A stretch of DNA of 64,000 nucleotides from Eledone cirrhosa (GCA_964016885.1 OZ024743.1:365304001-365368000); one strand, 5' to 3'; counted from the stretch's first letter, positions 41,692 to 57,916 are shown. Translations and numbers: made by a program. The notes: generated from the letters alone by a model not told the origin.

Positions 41692-41997
41692 AGGGTGGTG
41701 GTTTGGCAGTAACGGTAGAGCGTCAGACACCATACTTTGCAGCATAGAGTTATGACCCTTTACGTTCTGAATTCAAATCCCGCCGAGGTTAACTTTGCCT
41801 TTCATCCTTACGGGGTCGATAAAATAAAGTACCAGTAATGCACTGGGTAATTGCTGGCCTTGTGCCAAAAGTAGAAACAATTATTATATTTATCCTTACG
41901 GGGTCGATAAAATAAAATAAAATACCAGTCACGCATTGAGGTCGATTTAATCCTCCCCCAAAATATGCTGGTCTTGTGCCTATATAAGAAACCATTA
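41692..41997 (+). mobile_element. SINE plus second truncated SINE
   Basis: SINE head, B-box and core. Confidence 0.85.
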
Positions 41998-42583
41998 TTA
42001 TCATCATTATTATTACACTCTGCTTAGTTCTACAGTAGCAGAATACTTCTCTACAGAATCTGTTGTGTATTGGCAGTATTGGACAAATACTTCGGATTAT
42101 CAACAAAGATTAAAATGATCAGCGACCAAATGACTATAAAAACACAACAATTATTGATATAGCCCACAAATTAATTATGGTCATCAACAAAAATTAATAC
42201 AGCTAACATCAAACAATAGATATCGAATCAGTTAATAAAAACATTAATAAATATTGATATCTACCCAAACCAGCGCTAGTTTTCCCCAAAAGCAGGTCTG
42301 CTAGTAACAGTTATGTAAATAAATGTATATTTCCAACAGTCAATTGTACTAACACGGAACCGGTGTATTGATGTTCAGCGACTTTATCCAGTGTGCAACA
42401 CAGGGAAATATACAATATATATACATACATACATACATACATACATACATACATACATACATACATACATACATACATACATACATACATACATGATGGC
42501 TGACCCCTCGTTATCAAGTATGGCCATTGCACGATATACCATTATTAATAATACATACATACATACATACATACATACATACA

Positions 42584-43481
<898 letters not shown>

Positions 43482-44244
43482 TATATATATATTGATATAT
43501 TGATATATAGATAGACAGACATATAGATAGATAGATAGATACATGCATGTGTGTGTATATACATATACACATTTGTACGGTTATTTGTTTTTCTGTCTTC
43601 AATTATACACATATATACGCAAAACAATAAAGATAATTAAAAGTCAACAAGTCGAAGGAGCAGCCACAAGAACCAAACGAAATTTAATGACATATAAATC
43701 ACGTCCATCAGACATTTGCCAACCTAGTAATTAGACTTGCACCAGATAACAGGTACAGTATGTCTCGGCAAATTTACTGATAGAATCATACATGCGTTTA
43801 TATTTGTATCTACATACTTATATAAGTACATACATAATATATAATGCATACATACATACATAAATACATAAATATATACATACATAAATACATACTTACA
43901 TGCACAGAATATATGAAAATGTATAAGAGTACAAAGATATTTATGTAACTCTAATCTTATCGATGTTATTGCGTAGTGTTTAATTAACTGTTATTGAACA
44001 CACGTAGAGACTCCTACCTTTGCTCAAACATAGTACTGGATTTCCAGAACCTGTATAACATCTACACGTTTTGCAATATCTTGTCAAACTGATTATACAC
44101 AAACTCTCACAACGTTTTACATTAGAACAAGGCTACACACGTAAAAAAGAAGTGGAAAATTATGATTGATTATATTGATGTCTCTTTCCAGGACATAACA
44201 GGTGTCTATTGTATCGATACTATGCCGCAGAGGTGCTTGTAAAA

Positions 44245-44284
44245 GGCCGCATGCGGCCCGCGGGCCGCATGTTTGGCATGCCTG
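44245..44284 (+). mobile_element. Isolated hAT/MITE terminus
   Basis: GGCCGCATGCGGCCCGCGGGCCGCATGTTTGGCATGCCTG resembles Charlie-type subterminal and TIR sequence; no partner end found. Confidence 0.55.
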
Positions 44285-46042
44285 ACATAGAGGACCTTCT
44301 GAACATTCTGTTTCCTAGCTATGTCTATCACTTCCAATTACTTAGCTGCTAAACTTATGTTCTATTTTATAACAAAAATCATTATGAACAGCCATCAGTA
44401 ATATCTTTCATAAGTGCTATGTGTTTTCGTGGAATTCTCCCGGAAAAAATAGGAAGGTAGCTTCTCGTTTCCTTGCATCGAGTATTTCGTGCAAGTCACT
44501 ATCTTATCGACTAGATGCAAGCAAGTTCGTGGCTGCCAGATTAGGCTACAGGTAGCAGAATATTGTTTTTCCTTGACAAGTCTGAAAAAAAGCGTCGTTG
44601 CCCATGGCCTTCCGGAGAGATTAACGTCATTGAGGATCATGGTTACAGTTTCCTTTGAGAAAGACATGGCTAGGGAGAGAGTTCCAGAGGGCCACGGTTC
44701 TGGTCAGGAAACACTGTGAATAATGGTTGAAGCGAGGTAGGTTTTATTTAACGCTACTTTTGAAGACTGCACGTTACTATATATTTTTAATTTAAGCAAT
44801 TTTTTACTTTAAAACATTAATTTTTAACGATAATAATTCTGGTGAATACTATATCAAATTATCAAATAAGTAAATTATATACACAAATTTTAATTTGTTA
44901 GTAAACTTTTCATGTTGGGTCACTTTCTTACACAATTCACTAGTTTATAAAATATTGTGTTACGTTTTATGAAATTGATGAAGCGAGCACCGAGTTTATA
45001 ATTCCTTCGACATTCTGAATACCACAAAACCATCTTTTTCAGCGGTTAAAGAATTCCACAAACTCACCACCCAAGACTCGTATTTTATTTTGTTGAGCTC
45101 GTAATGATAAAAGACAGATTTGACTTCAGCTGTATTTAAACACAAAATGTAAAGACTAGGGATATATATTACAAGTACATTTGTCGAACAGGCTAACAAT
45201 TTCACAAACCCAGGACATTTTTTTTTTATTGATTCCAATAGGATCAAAGGCAATGTTGACTGCGACGAGATTTGAATTTAGAATGAATACCGCTAGGCAT
45301 TTTGTCCGAAGGGCTTCATGATTCTACTAAAGATTTTGTGTTAACTTAAGAAATCATTAGAAATTATCAGATTTGAATTGCAGCAAGAGAGAGCGATGTG
45401 CAAATAACCGCGTTATGTAGCGACATCTAATAAATATTTAGAATGTTGATATATGGGAAAAGGTAGATTGAAAGCAAGATTTTAATTTGCAGCTTGGTAT
45501 TTGGATGCTGCAATTACCAATGTGTGTACGGTACATATATAGATGCATGTTTAGACGTACATGTAGCCAACCAGAAAAGCATGCTACTGACATGCATACA
45601 TACATACATACATAAATACAGACGCGCGCACGCACACACACACAGACACACACGCAGACACAGACGCGCGCACGCACACACACACAGACACACACGCGCA
45701 CACTCTCACACACACAGACACACACACACATGTGATAGCTGAAGCATTGACCTCTGCTACTAGCAGCGGCTTACTACTTCATCTCACACCGGGTCAAGGC
45801 ACAGAACGGAAACCTGTTGATAACATGAATCCCCAGTTCGGTCTTCAAACACCAAAAAGTTGCATACTTGCGCAAGTCGGGTTGTTGATTTTGGATCATA
45901 GAAACCTATCGGCGACATGGCGTTCCGAGATGGTCGAGGTTTGTTATTTAACCTGATATTTTTTTCGTTGCTTCGGTGTTGTGGCTAGGCTTGCCTACCA
46001 CAGTTTTAAATTTGTCCTGCTATCTAACCTATGTTATTACTC

Positions 46043-46437
46043 TGGATTGGCAGTATCGGTGGAGAGTCGGACACCATGCTTTCCAGCATAGTTACGTCCC
46101 TTTACGATCTGAGTTCAAATCCCGCCGAGGTTGACTTTGCCTTTCATCCTTACGGGGTCGATAAAATAAAGTACCAGTAATGCACTGGGTAATTGCTGGC
46201 CTTGTGCCTAAAGTAGAAACAGTTATTACTCTGAGCTCGGATGAATTGGCGGTGAATTGGCAGTATCGGTAGAGGGTCGGACGCCATGCTTTGACGCATA
46301 GAGTTACGGCTCTTGCCATTCTGAGTTCAAATCCCGCCGAGGTTAACTTTACGTTTCATCCTTACGGGGTCGATAAAATAAAGTACCAGTAATGCACTGA
46401 TAATTTGCTGGCCTTGTGCCAAAAGTAGAAAGTTATT
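46043..46437 (+). mobile_element. Two tandem SINE copies
   Basis: 46043-46227 and 46256-46437; GTTATTACTCTG occurs before the first copy and after each copy (TSD-like). Confidence 0.88.
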
Positions 46438-46573
46438 ACTCTGAGCTACCTCATCGAGTGCTTGGCTGCATAATTCCTAATTGTATTTTGTTAGCTTGGC
46501 TACAGCCGAAACTTCGATTTTACTAAACTTCCATTCCATTTGTATATATATATATATATAAATATATATATAC

Positions 46574-46604
<31 letters not shown>

Positions 46605-46705
46605 GTTCGGAATATCAGAAAACAAAAAACAAAAAACAGACAAACCCAAGAGTAAATGTTACAAATATTATTAGTTTTGCGCTTAGTGAGAATGGGATGG
46701 GTGGG

Positions 46706-46745
<40 letters not shown>

Positions 46746-46776
46746 TATATGTGTGTATTATATATATTATACAAAT

Positions 46777-46812
<36 letters not shown>

Positions 46813-46907
46813 TATATTGATATCATACCCACACGAAGTCGTTTTTCTTACTGATTAACGAATGTGTACTCTCTGAGTATTGGGCTTTTGTATTTAATAG
46901 GTATACC

Positions 46908-46943
<36 letters not shown>

Positions 46944-47479
46944 CGTGTGTGTGCGCGCGCACACATATATATATATATATATTACACACACACACACACA
47001 CATACACACACACACACATGTATTCATACATATGTATATCCTTGATTACATATTTACATAAATACATAAATGTGTGTATTTGTGAAAGGGTAAGTTTGTG
47101 CGTGTGTATATAGTTGATACCCATGGCAAAATGATGCTGTAGCCGGAGTATTTGTTGATCTTCTCAAACATCATTAGTAATGCTGTTATCTTTTCTACAT
47201 TTTTTCTCTTTTACCTTTCTTCCTAGAAGATAAGAAAACTGATAGTTTCGTGGTTCTAGCGATATAGATAAAACTAAAGGTTTTATATTGTAAACATATT
47301 ATCAAATTCTATTCTCAAATGTCCGTGAAATCTTCCAGACTGCAGGCAAATCTAAGTAATTGTAAAACAACAACCCGGAGGAACTCCGTTATTTATAGAA
47401 TCTGCTTAGGTTTTGAAATTTCGAATGACGTCTTATCTAACGATTGTTAACTTTCGTTTATACTAATGAAATTGAAAGG

Positions 47480-47564
<85 letters not shown>

Positions 47565-47806
47565 TAATCTTTATGTATATATGTGTGTGTCTTACGCACT
47601 CACACACACAAATATATATCTATATAGGTTCCCGAGTTATGTCGGGGGATAGTCGCAATTAAAAAGGTACTCATTGTATTTTGATGGAGTATAGGCATCT
47701 TTATTACATAGAAAGAAATTACTTCTACAGGATTAGAACTGTTTTATTTGTGTGAAATCAACAGGGACATTCCTGAAACAGTTCTAGTCCTGTAGAAGTC
47801 ATTTCT

Positions 47807-47962
<156 letters not shown>

Positions 47963-48107
47963 TTACTCCAAAATCATCATGTTATTTTGCTCTGATCCTT
48001 TCGTAAGAATAAATTATGTCAAATAAACATATACTCTCTCCTATATAGTATTGTGTACTCATTTGAAATGGTTCTCCATTATTTTGTAAGAAAAATCAAG
48101 AAAAAAT

Positions 48108-48183
48108 ATAACTTGATTTACACTTGATTTACACTTGATTTACACTTGATTTACACTTGGTTTACACTTGGTTTACACTTGTT
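48108..48183. repeat. 11-bp minisatellite (ACTTGATTTAC, about 7 units)
   Basis: Direct reading. Confidence 0.9.
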
Positions 48184-48974
48184 TCTCAGGTGATTTCATC
48201 CGAGATTGTGTTTTGGGACGAGAAAAAGTAACGTTGCGGTAATGTCATTATAGGAATTAAAACCGCACACAGACACTGAGTCAGACACACACAGACAGAC
48301 AACAGATAGACACACAAAGTCAAACATACATACATACACAGACACACAGACTCACACAAGCGCATATACATATACTTTTATGCGTATGTGTGTGTGTGCG
48401 CGCGCGCGTATGTGTAAGATAAATATTTACATATTTACATGTGAAAGCAATTATTCCCTTTAGAGAAAATTAGACGAAGGAAAAAATGAAATATGTGACG
48501 GACTGAGAAATATGTCATACATAAATTAATTGGGTTCATGTTGTAAATGCTGCATTGCAAAAATGAAGCAGACAAAATCTTGCTTTTACTAGCAAAATAT
48601 ATATATATATATATGTAATATTTATGGAAGTAAAGAATAGGATTTACTTATTTACTAAGTGTATTGTAGCTCAATGCTATGGTGGGATCGAGCAGAGCCA
48701 ATATATAATTATAATGTAGTTACAAACCAAAATTAAAAGTTTAAGACATTTAATTACTGACAATTATTTCGTCCTATAAGAATATATATCTAAGAGCAAG
48801 TTATTTTATTGAACAATTTGCTGTTAGGTAGCACAAAAACTAGGAATCATCAGAGTGTATTAGAACCAAAAGCGATTTTCATGAACCAAATTCATAAACG
48901 ATTAATATAATATCAAGAACAATATATAATATATAATATATAAGAACAAAAGATGGTTAAAAGTGTTTCATGTA

Positions 48975-49041
48975 TTTTATTATGCGCATTTCAAAAACAA
49001 ATATCATCATGCAATAATATCTGTGTTTTCATCAGATAAAA
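48975..49041 (-). ncRNA. Type I hammerhead (family E)
   Basis: TTTTAT-CTGATGA-long stem II-GAAA-TGCGCA-TA-ATAAAA. Confidence 0.82.
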
Positions 49042-49299
49042 CAGGAAGACATGATATGAAAGTTAAAAAACACTTGTGGATAGTGCAGTTTTAAATCAAC
49101 ATATATATAATATATAATATGTATAACTTATCGAATTACATAGCACGTCAACAGAATAAGATGTCAGATGTGTTACAATAATCAAATATTTTTGTCTTGA
49201 TATTATATTAATCGTTTATGAATTTAATAAATTCTCATGATTTCTAGGGTTTGTGCTCACAGCAAATTTGGCTTGTAACTACATTATAATTATAATATA

Positions 49300-50005
<706 letters not shown>

Positions 50006-50174
50006 AAAATTGAGTAAAAGGTAACGTTTCCAAGGCAATTGTGGGTGGAGGGAGCGGACTAAAAAATGTATGTTTTTACTTTGGGAGCGGACATCCAAAG
50101 CAAAAACATACATTTTTTAGTCCGCTTCGTTCCACCCATAATTACCTCGGAAACGTTACCTTTTACTCAATTTT

Positions 50175-50225
50175 GCTGTCTGAAGACATCACGATATCTA
50201 TCGTCATGGAAATATGTTTAACGGT
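50175..50225 (+). ncRNA. Type I hammerhead, right arm of the palindrome
   Basis: GCTGT-CTGAAGA-CATCACGATA..TATCGTCATG-GAAA-TATGTT-TA-ACGGT. Confidence 0.75.
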
Positions 50226-50633
50226 TTAATTTATAAAAGACTCCACAACTTCACATTTTCCTCCTTAAATATATTATTTATATGTATGTAAAAGGTAAAC
50301 AGAAATAACTACACAATCGGTACAGTATATGGAAGGTATATATTAGGTTAGCTCTTGAAATAGCAGGATAAGGGTCTTAACGTTTCGGATGCTAGTCCTT
50401 CAATAGAAGAACATATGAGAAATTAGATAGAATGAAGGGACGGGCGGGGTGGAAATAGAAAAAATGTTTTTAGAGAAAAATGACAGGTCCATTCATGCTG
50501 CCATCTCTTGGAAAACTGTTGATGCTGGCGTTTTGTGTATGATATTATTTTTTAGAAAAGTGGATGATGGAGCGCGTCTACTTGAAATGGAAAAAATACT
50601 GTTTTGTATAAAGAGCTATACTTATGCGCGCGC

Positions 50634-50712
<79 letters not shown>

Positions 50713-51505
50713 TGTGTGTGTGTGTGTGTGTTACTATACGTCTGTACGAAGCTAAGAGGATATGTGTGTGTATCTATAAGTAAAAGAGTGTATGTGTGCT
50801 TGTAAGCACGAAGGTATGAGCACAAGTATGTTAATATAAGGGTGTGTGTATACAGAGCTGTGAAGGGAAAAGTGGAGTGTGCGTATTTTGTTGGTTTGTG
50901 TAAGAGTATATGTTTCTGACCATAAGAGAGACATAGGAATCTAGGGGTGAATCTAGGGGTGAATCTAGGCTATAGCAATATTGAGAATGTCATTGTACAC
51001 GAGTTAAGCATCCAGGCAGTGGAACTGACGTACAAGAGACGACCCTTGAAAAATATTTCAAGGGACGTCTCTTGTACGAGAATACTGCGACTCTAACGCT
51101 CTTAGTAAAGACATGAATGTCTTTCATATTGTCACCCATTATATATAGGGCCATTGTGAACCAACAAAGAATCTTCTATGTCTGAATGAATAATGAAGTT
51201 TTGGTATATAGAATTCCGCACCACAATGAGCCAAATCTAGAGCTCCTAGATTTGGCTAGAATTGGCACGAAAATCTTTCTAAAATATTACTCTACTGACA
51301 TTCAATAAAAAAAGAACACATTATATGATACTGGTTGGACCCGAGGAAATTCCTCCGTTATTGTAATCTCAGACAATAATTACTCTGAAATATATTTGTT
51401 ATTTCATTATTGTATCATTTCAATCATTATAACCATGAACTATCATAATTTATAGCATTAATATGATAGTTCCTTATATACTATGGTTTTATACAATATT
51501 GCCAA

Positions 51506-51511
51506 TATCAT

Positions 51512-51573
<62 letters not shown>

Positions 51574-51850
51574 GGTGGCCTCAGCCGAAATCGATTCAAC
51601 AATTGATCCCACGCGGGTCTGTCGTTCATTGCCGCTGCCAAATCCTGGATTTCAATACCAGAATCTCTGGAGATGATATCGGGATAGGAGACCTTGTGCC
51701 CCCTGTTATTAGTGACTGGTTGTGGTTTCCAAAGCACTAATGGGGACACAGTCTAAGAGGTAGACGATGGCAATAGCCAGCAAATCTTACTCTCCTTTTA
51801 CGTACAACGACAGATATGCGTGGGAGGTCAGCATATATCTCACTCAAAGT
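51506..51850 (-). mobile_element. RTE LINE 3' end with (GAT)n tail
   Basis: RRVRFAGYCHR..LVLWKP..RG..SYPD.I.RD...AMNDR..W then (GAT)n. Confidence 0.85.
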
Positions 51851-52607
51851 CATAACACGACTAAATACGAAGAATATTCTCGGGAATCCATTCCATTTTT
51901 TTTTGTATTTGTTTCACAAGATTTCTAATATGAAATCTCATGTAGGGAAACATTTATTGTTGTAATTTGGGAAGGCCATTCTGCTCAAAAGCATACGCAC
52001 TTGTCATATTTCACTTTATTTAAGACCAAACTTGTGATTTAAGACCAAACTATATTTAGTGACGTTAAATATTTTTCAGAGCTCAACACGCAACGAGACA
52101 ACATTGTCCCTTTTCCTTTAATGATTTAGTTGAAAGCTTTTGGGTATAAGGAAATAACGCTTGTGTGTGTGTCTAAAAATTAGGTGTCCTCATACCACTG
52201 GTTTGTATTAATTCCACAGAGAAAAGAGCAAAGTCTATTGAAGTTTCTTATGATCCCATTTCTGTCATTTCACACCTATCATAGAAACTATTATGATAAA
52301 ATGAAACGAACTTAGAATATATAATAATATATTTACCTACAATAAAAGAAAAACATAGCAACATCATGCCTTCACTGATGTTAACATGAGTAAGAAAAAT
52401 AAAATAAAATAAAACAAAGCAAAAAAAACAAAACAATTTACAGTTTCAGCTGCTTCTTTGGAAGTACATGGTGTTTTGGAAGGCCTTGCATATAACGCGA
52501 AAAACCCTCACCAAAATATAGTGTTTATTGAGAGAGCACAGTTTCAAAAGCTAATTAAAAGGAGTAAACCAAATGACACTTTGTCCATGACGAAAATATG
52601 ATGGGCA

Positions 52608-52682
<75 letters not shown>

Positions 52683-52898
52683 ATATATATATATATATAT
52701 ATATATAAACGGAAAAAATGAAACAAAATTTCATTTCCCACTCTTAGTACGGCTGTTACTTAAATATAAGTATGTACACGTACATACATATATGTATACA
52801 GACGTACAGTAGTATGTATATATATATACATACATGCACACATATATATATGTACGTATGGATTCACCGAACATTTATTATAACGCTCGGTGTGTTGG

Positions 52899-52959
<61 letters not shown>

Positions 52960-52960
<1 letters not shown>

Positions 52961-54853
52961 ACGGCGATGAATTAGTTTTGCGAGGTTTTTTATATGAAAT
53001 CGTGTGTCGAAACAAATATTGTTATACTTGGGGAGGGTCATATTTGTGTAATAATATTGCCAGAATTAATAGCTATATTTGCTCCGAATACAGGTTTTGT
53101 TGGTGGTCCTGTTGTCGGGTCGTCGACTGTCTTGTGGTCTTTGCGGAGCCCATACAAGGGTGGTATGCCATTGTTGGACGCCTGGAAGTTGTTGGCAGTG
53201 CGTCTGCTTGGCTTTAGGATGTCGGTCCACATCATCATGTGAGCGTTGAGGATTTTCTCTCTCCCATCATGTATTTGCTGTGCAATTTGGCTCATGTTGG
53301 TGATGTGGGGTTGCATAGCCTTGATGTAGTTCGGCATGCTGTCTATTGACATCCTACCAGACCTATCCGTGGGTAGACATACTACCTCACCATCCCTTGT
53401 GCGCTGCTTGAGGCTAACCAAGCCTTCTACAGGTTTCCTCCCAAGTTGTTGGACCCCTGGTCTGCTCTGTCTCTTAATATACCGGTCTACTATTTGTCTA
53501 ATCTTATTTCTAGCTATGGTGAACTGTGCCTCTGTCTCGTCATCTATTTGTTGTGGTATGCAAACTCTTTTATTAAAGGGTAACCTCGTAGGATAGATAT
53601 TACCTATCTTATATGTTTTGTTAGCTGGGTTGAAGAATAGTTTCTCTAAAGGGTTGTCATTATATCTATCATCATAGTTGTGTGTGTTGCTATTATTGTT
53701 ATTATGGTGGTTGTTGTTGTTCCTTTCATTAGCATTATTATTATTGTTATGATTGCTAGATGTATTGTTGCTGCGATTGTTAGGTGTATTGTTGTTGTTT
53801 TCTTCACCGTTATTGTTGTTGTTACTGTTATTTCTACCATTGTGGTTGTTACTTTTATTATGTTTCTTGTTTTTGTTGTGTCTATCATTAATGTTGCTAC
53901 ATATATTATTTCTATTATTACCACTGTGGTTGTTGTTGTTATTCGTATTGTTACCGTTATTACTACTGTGGTCGCTGCTGCTGTGTCTGTAGTTAATATT
54001 TATATTATTATTATTATTGTGGTTGTTGTTGTTGTTCTGTCTATCGTTAATATTACTACCATTATTACTATTTCTCACTCTCCAGCTATTGTTATTGTTA
54101 TGACTATTACTATTATAGCTGTTATTTCTATACTCAGAGTTATTGTTTATATTACTACTATCGTTATTATTGTTGTTGTTGTCCGTATAGTTGTTGTTGT
54201 TGTTTACTTTTGCATTCCAACGTATTTTTGTCAAACACTTTTCCAGCTCCGTTTTGCACTCAATAGGGTTAATCTTTTTGTAGATGGCAAATTTTGGTGG
54301 TAGCTGCAGGATTTGTTGCTCTTGTTCACTGATTAAAGTGTTCCCATAAATATTTACTGTGTGGTCATTGGTAAATTCTTCCGGTAGTTCTACATCAGTC
54401 ATACGGATATTGTTGATGTTATCTGAGTATTTTTGTAAATATTCTATTTTTCTTTCTTCTAGTTTTTTCTTATTCATCCATTATAATTTCTTATTGAAAT
54501 GCCTATTGCATTCGTTTCGGGCGTATTTCGTTTCACGTCGAATGACGCTCATGAAGTCATCCCTCTCGTTTGGGGTGGTGAGATTTCGGACTTCCTTACC
54601 GTTAATGCATTTCTGTCTGTAAAGTTCGTTAACTTTTGTGTATGTTGTTCTTTTCATATTAACTGTTATTGTGTGTTTTAGTCGTTCAGCTTGTGTTTTG
54701 TTCAATAATAAATTATTTACTTGTTTTGATATGTTTGTTGTGATATGTTTTGATATGTTTTAACAAATATTGTTATACTTGGGGAGGGTCATATTTGTGT
54801 AATAATATTGCCAGAATTAATAACAGAACACACTCACTGTTTGGTTGGTTTTT
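52960..54853 (-). mobile_element. Naiad-type Penelope-like element, 5' half (inverted relative to the 3' half)
   Basis: ORFs 54481-54705 and 53038-54477 are in frame across one TAA: LQLPPKFA, K.RW, PTDRSGRM, LYGLRKDHK, P.KPV.GA; pLTR-end copies at both boundaries. Confidence 0.85.
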
Positions 54854-56702
54854 GCAAAGACCACAAGACAGTCGACGACCCAACAACAGGACCACCAACA
54901 AGACCTATATGCGGAGCAAATATAGCTAGCAACTACAGGATCTCCTACTTCCTCTCAATGGTTATACGCCCCATAATCAAGATGTCCCCAGATGTATGTG
55001 ACAGTACAGAGGACCTCCTCAGCAGAATCAGTGAGTGCAACAAAAACAGGAACATATCCAACTGCATAATAGGCAGTATGGATGTGGTATCACTATACCC
55101 ATCCATTAACATTAATTTTGCTGTGGAAAAATGTGTGGAGATGATCAGATAGAGTGAGGTGGAGTTCTGCGACCACGACACAGACGAATTGGGCCTCCTA
55201 TTTAGACTTACCTACGACAAGGACTACCTAGACAGCCATGACCTTAGACGTTTCTGCCCCCCAAAAAGACTCCCATGGGAAGGTGGATTGGGTGGACCAA
55301 AGCTATACGAAACCCCCAAAACAATGATCAGGTAAGAAAAATGGTCGCACATGCAATAGGGGCTAGTATCAAAACTCCTCTAAAGGGCCACATATTCAAG
55401 TTCAACGAGATCTACACCCAAAATGAAGGAGCAGCTATTGGCGTCAGCATAGCTGGTGACGTTGCCAACCTTTTTATAGTATGGTGGGAAAGGAGACTCA
55501 AAGATCTCCTTGATGAGAGCTCCATAGACGTCATCATGTACTCTCGTTACGTAGACGACATCAATATAGTAATAAGGACATCCCCACAAGAGAGCACTAA
55601 CAAGTTTGATTTAGAACGTAGCACAATGGAAAGCATCCAGCAGATAGCTAATTCCATACACCAGAGTATAACTGTAACTATCGACTACCCTTCCAAACAC
55701 CCTAACAATAGACTACCTGTATTAGACACGGAACTCTGGATTAACACTATAGACGACAGAGCCCAAATTCTCCACTCACACTATGCTAAACACATGGCCT
55801 CCAAATACCTGATACTCAAAAACTCAGCAATGTCCAGTAGTGCTAAGTTTAATATTCTGATCGCTGACTTGGTACGAGTGATGAAGAACGTGTCCCGCAT
55901 GTGCGACCCAACAGAAATGGAAAGACACATCCAACACGTCATCAACCGCATGCAGTTCTCTGGCTACAACCAAAGAGACAGAGTCAGAGTATACGAAGGA
56001 GCCACGGAAAAGTATAAGACCTTCATAGAACTGGACATGAAAGGAATTTGCCCATTATACAGGAGCAAATCATGGAATAGCTTAGATAGGACTAGACATA
56101 AGATCGGGAAAGCCACCTCATGGTACGACAACCAGAGATACCAGAGTGTCATGTTTGTGGACGCTACCCCTGGAGGGAAATTAGCTAACCAGTGTAGAAA
56201 GGCCCTGAGAAAGACCCACTTAAAGATTAAGGTGGTAGAAAATCCAGGAACCACCATAAAATCCCTGATCAGCAGAACCTACCCTTTTAAGAAAACCCAC
56301 TGTACTAATAGGAAATGTATCATATGTAGAGTAAACCCCCGGATAAACTGTAAAACTAGAAACGTAGTCTATAGCATAAGATGTACAGAGGGTACTTGCA
56401 GAAACATGACAACAACATACATAGGCGAGACAGCTTGTAGCATAGGTGAAAGGATAGACCAACACTTGGGAGAACTAAAAGGACGAAAAAACGGTTCAGT
56501 ACTATACGAACATGCCAGACAACAACACAACGGTAACATAGACAACATAGAAATTAGAATAATATCTAAACATAGAAATGGCCCAGCAGATAGGCAAATC
56601 AGAGAGGCCAGCGAAATAGAACTTAGAAGGCCAAGGCTAAACAGAAAAAATGAATGGAATAACAACAACACCCAAACAAACAACATTGACCTAAGAGAAG
56701 TA

Positions 56703-56741
<39 letters not shown>

Positions 56742-57216
56742 ATACATACACAAGCACAATAACAACAAACACATATAAACACACACTAGTAAACTAAGAT
56801 AGAATACATTAACCAATACACAGTCACCCAAACAAGAACACACATCAAACAAAACACTATACACACACGCAAACGCATGCGCAGAGAAGACAAAAAAAAA
56901 ACAACAAATAAATAAATAAATAAACAGACTAAATAAAGATGACGTAAGCATACAATGCAACGGGAGGAAACATAATAGCACCACTGACGATGTTGCAGAT
57001 GTGCAACGAAAGAACTTTGATAGACTATATATATGTGTTTGTGTCTATATTGTATCTGTATTTTTGACCGTTGGTCAGTCAATGGCAGCATTGAGGACCG
57101 AATAAATTAAATTAACCGATATAAAGGACACAGAAGCGAAAACCAACCAAACAGTGAGTGTGTTCTGTTATTAATTCTGGCAATATTATTACACAAATAT
57201 GACCCTCCCCAAGTAT

Positions 57217-57225
<9 letters not shown>
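54854..57225 (+). mobile_element. Naiad-type Penelope-like element, RT core, GIY-YIG endonuclease and 3' pLTR
   Basis: KDHK, RPICGA, SMDVVSLYPSI, ELGL insert, Q.EG.AIG, RYVDD, LPVLD, C4 linker, VVYSIRC..YIGET with CCHH; TAG at 55150 and a frameshift/deletion near 55275. Confidence 0.9.
56981..57020 (+). ncRNA. Minimal hammerhead in the Naiad pLTR
   Basis: CTGACGA-T-GTTGCA(GATG)TGCAAC-GAAA-GAAC-TT-TGA; stem I weak. Confidence 0.7.
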
Positions 57226-57255
<30 letters not shown>

Positions 57256-57263
<8 letters not shown>

Positions 57264-57462
57264 TGAAAAAAAGAAAATCAGTGTTGCGACGAATGGAATT
57301 TACTGGACATATTACAATCGTTTCTCTGGCGACCAGCTCGAGGCACGATCGATGTGATGATCGAACCTGACTCTAAAAATCGCAAGATCCTCAGATTCAT
57401 CTTGATTCTACGAAGCAGAATTCCATTCGTCGCAACACTGATTTTCTTTTTTTCTGTGATAT
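57256..57462. repeat. Fold-back element with about 45-bp inverted arms next to (TA)n
   Basis: GAAAAAAAGAAAATCAGTGTTGCGACGAATGGAATT and its reverse complement at about 57419-57455. Confidence 0.8.
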
Positions 57463-57885
57463 CATACTCTGCTCTATGAGAGCATCGAGTGCTCATACGG
57501 CCTACCGCATACGGACGCTTTAAGCATCCAACACCAATTATATATATGCATGTATGTATGCATGTACACACACACATATGTATGCATGTATCACCTCTTC
57601 TCTTCTTACTGTTTCACCACTCTATTCTTTTCTTTCATATTGCCCTTGCTCTATTTATTCTTCTCACTTCGAGATTGTTTCGTCAAAGTCTGATGGAGAA
57701 ATTGGTGGGAAGAGGAGTAATTTAGCAGCATTTAAGCAATCGGCTTTGAGGATTTTATAGCACTAACTTCTCAAACATAACATTGAAACAAACGAATGAA
57801 TAACATTTGTCATTGAAAGAGTCGGAACATAAGTGATGAAAAATATATGAAAAGAGCTAAAACGAATACATGTGTGTGTATATAA

Positions 57886-57916
<31 letters not shown>

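Noticed and set aside
51489-51749. Acidic poly-Asp protein
   Set aside because: It is an RTE C-terminus reading into its (GAT)n tail.
53038-56705. Selenocysteine recoding in the Naiad ORF (reported for some Naiads)
   Set aside because: The in-frame stops seen are TAA (54481-54483) and TAG (55150-55152), not TGA; no SECIS recognised.
57305-57410. Possible hammerhead on minus strand (GAAA-CGATTG-TA)
   Set aside because: The core reads AAGATGA and no stem I forms; at best a decayed remnant.
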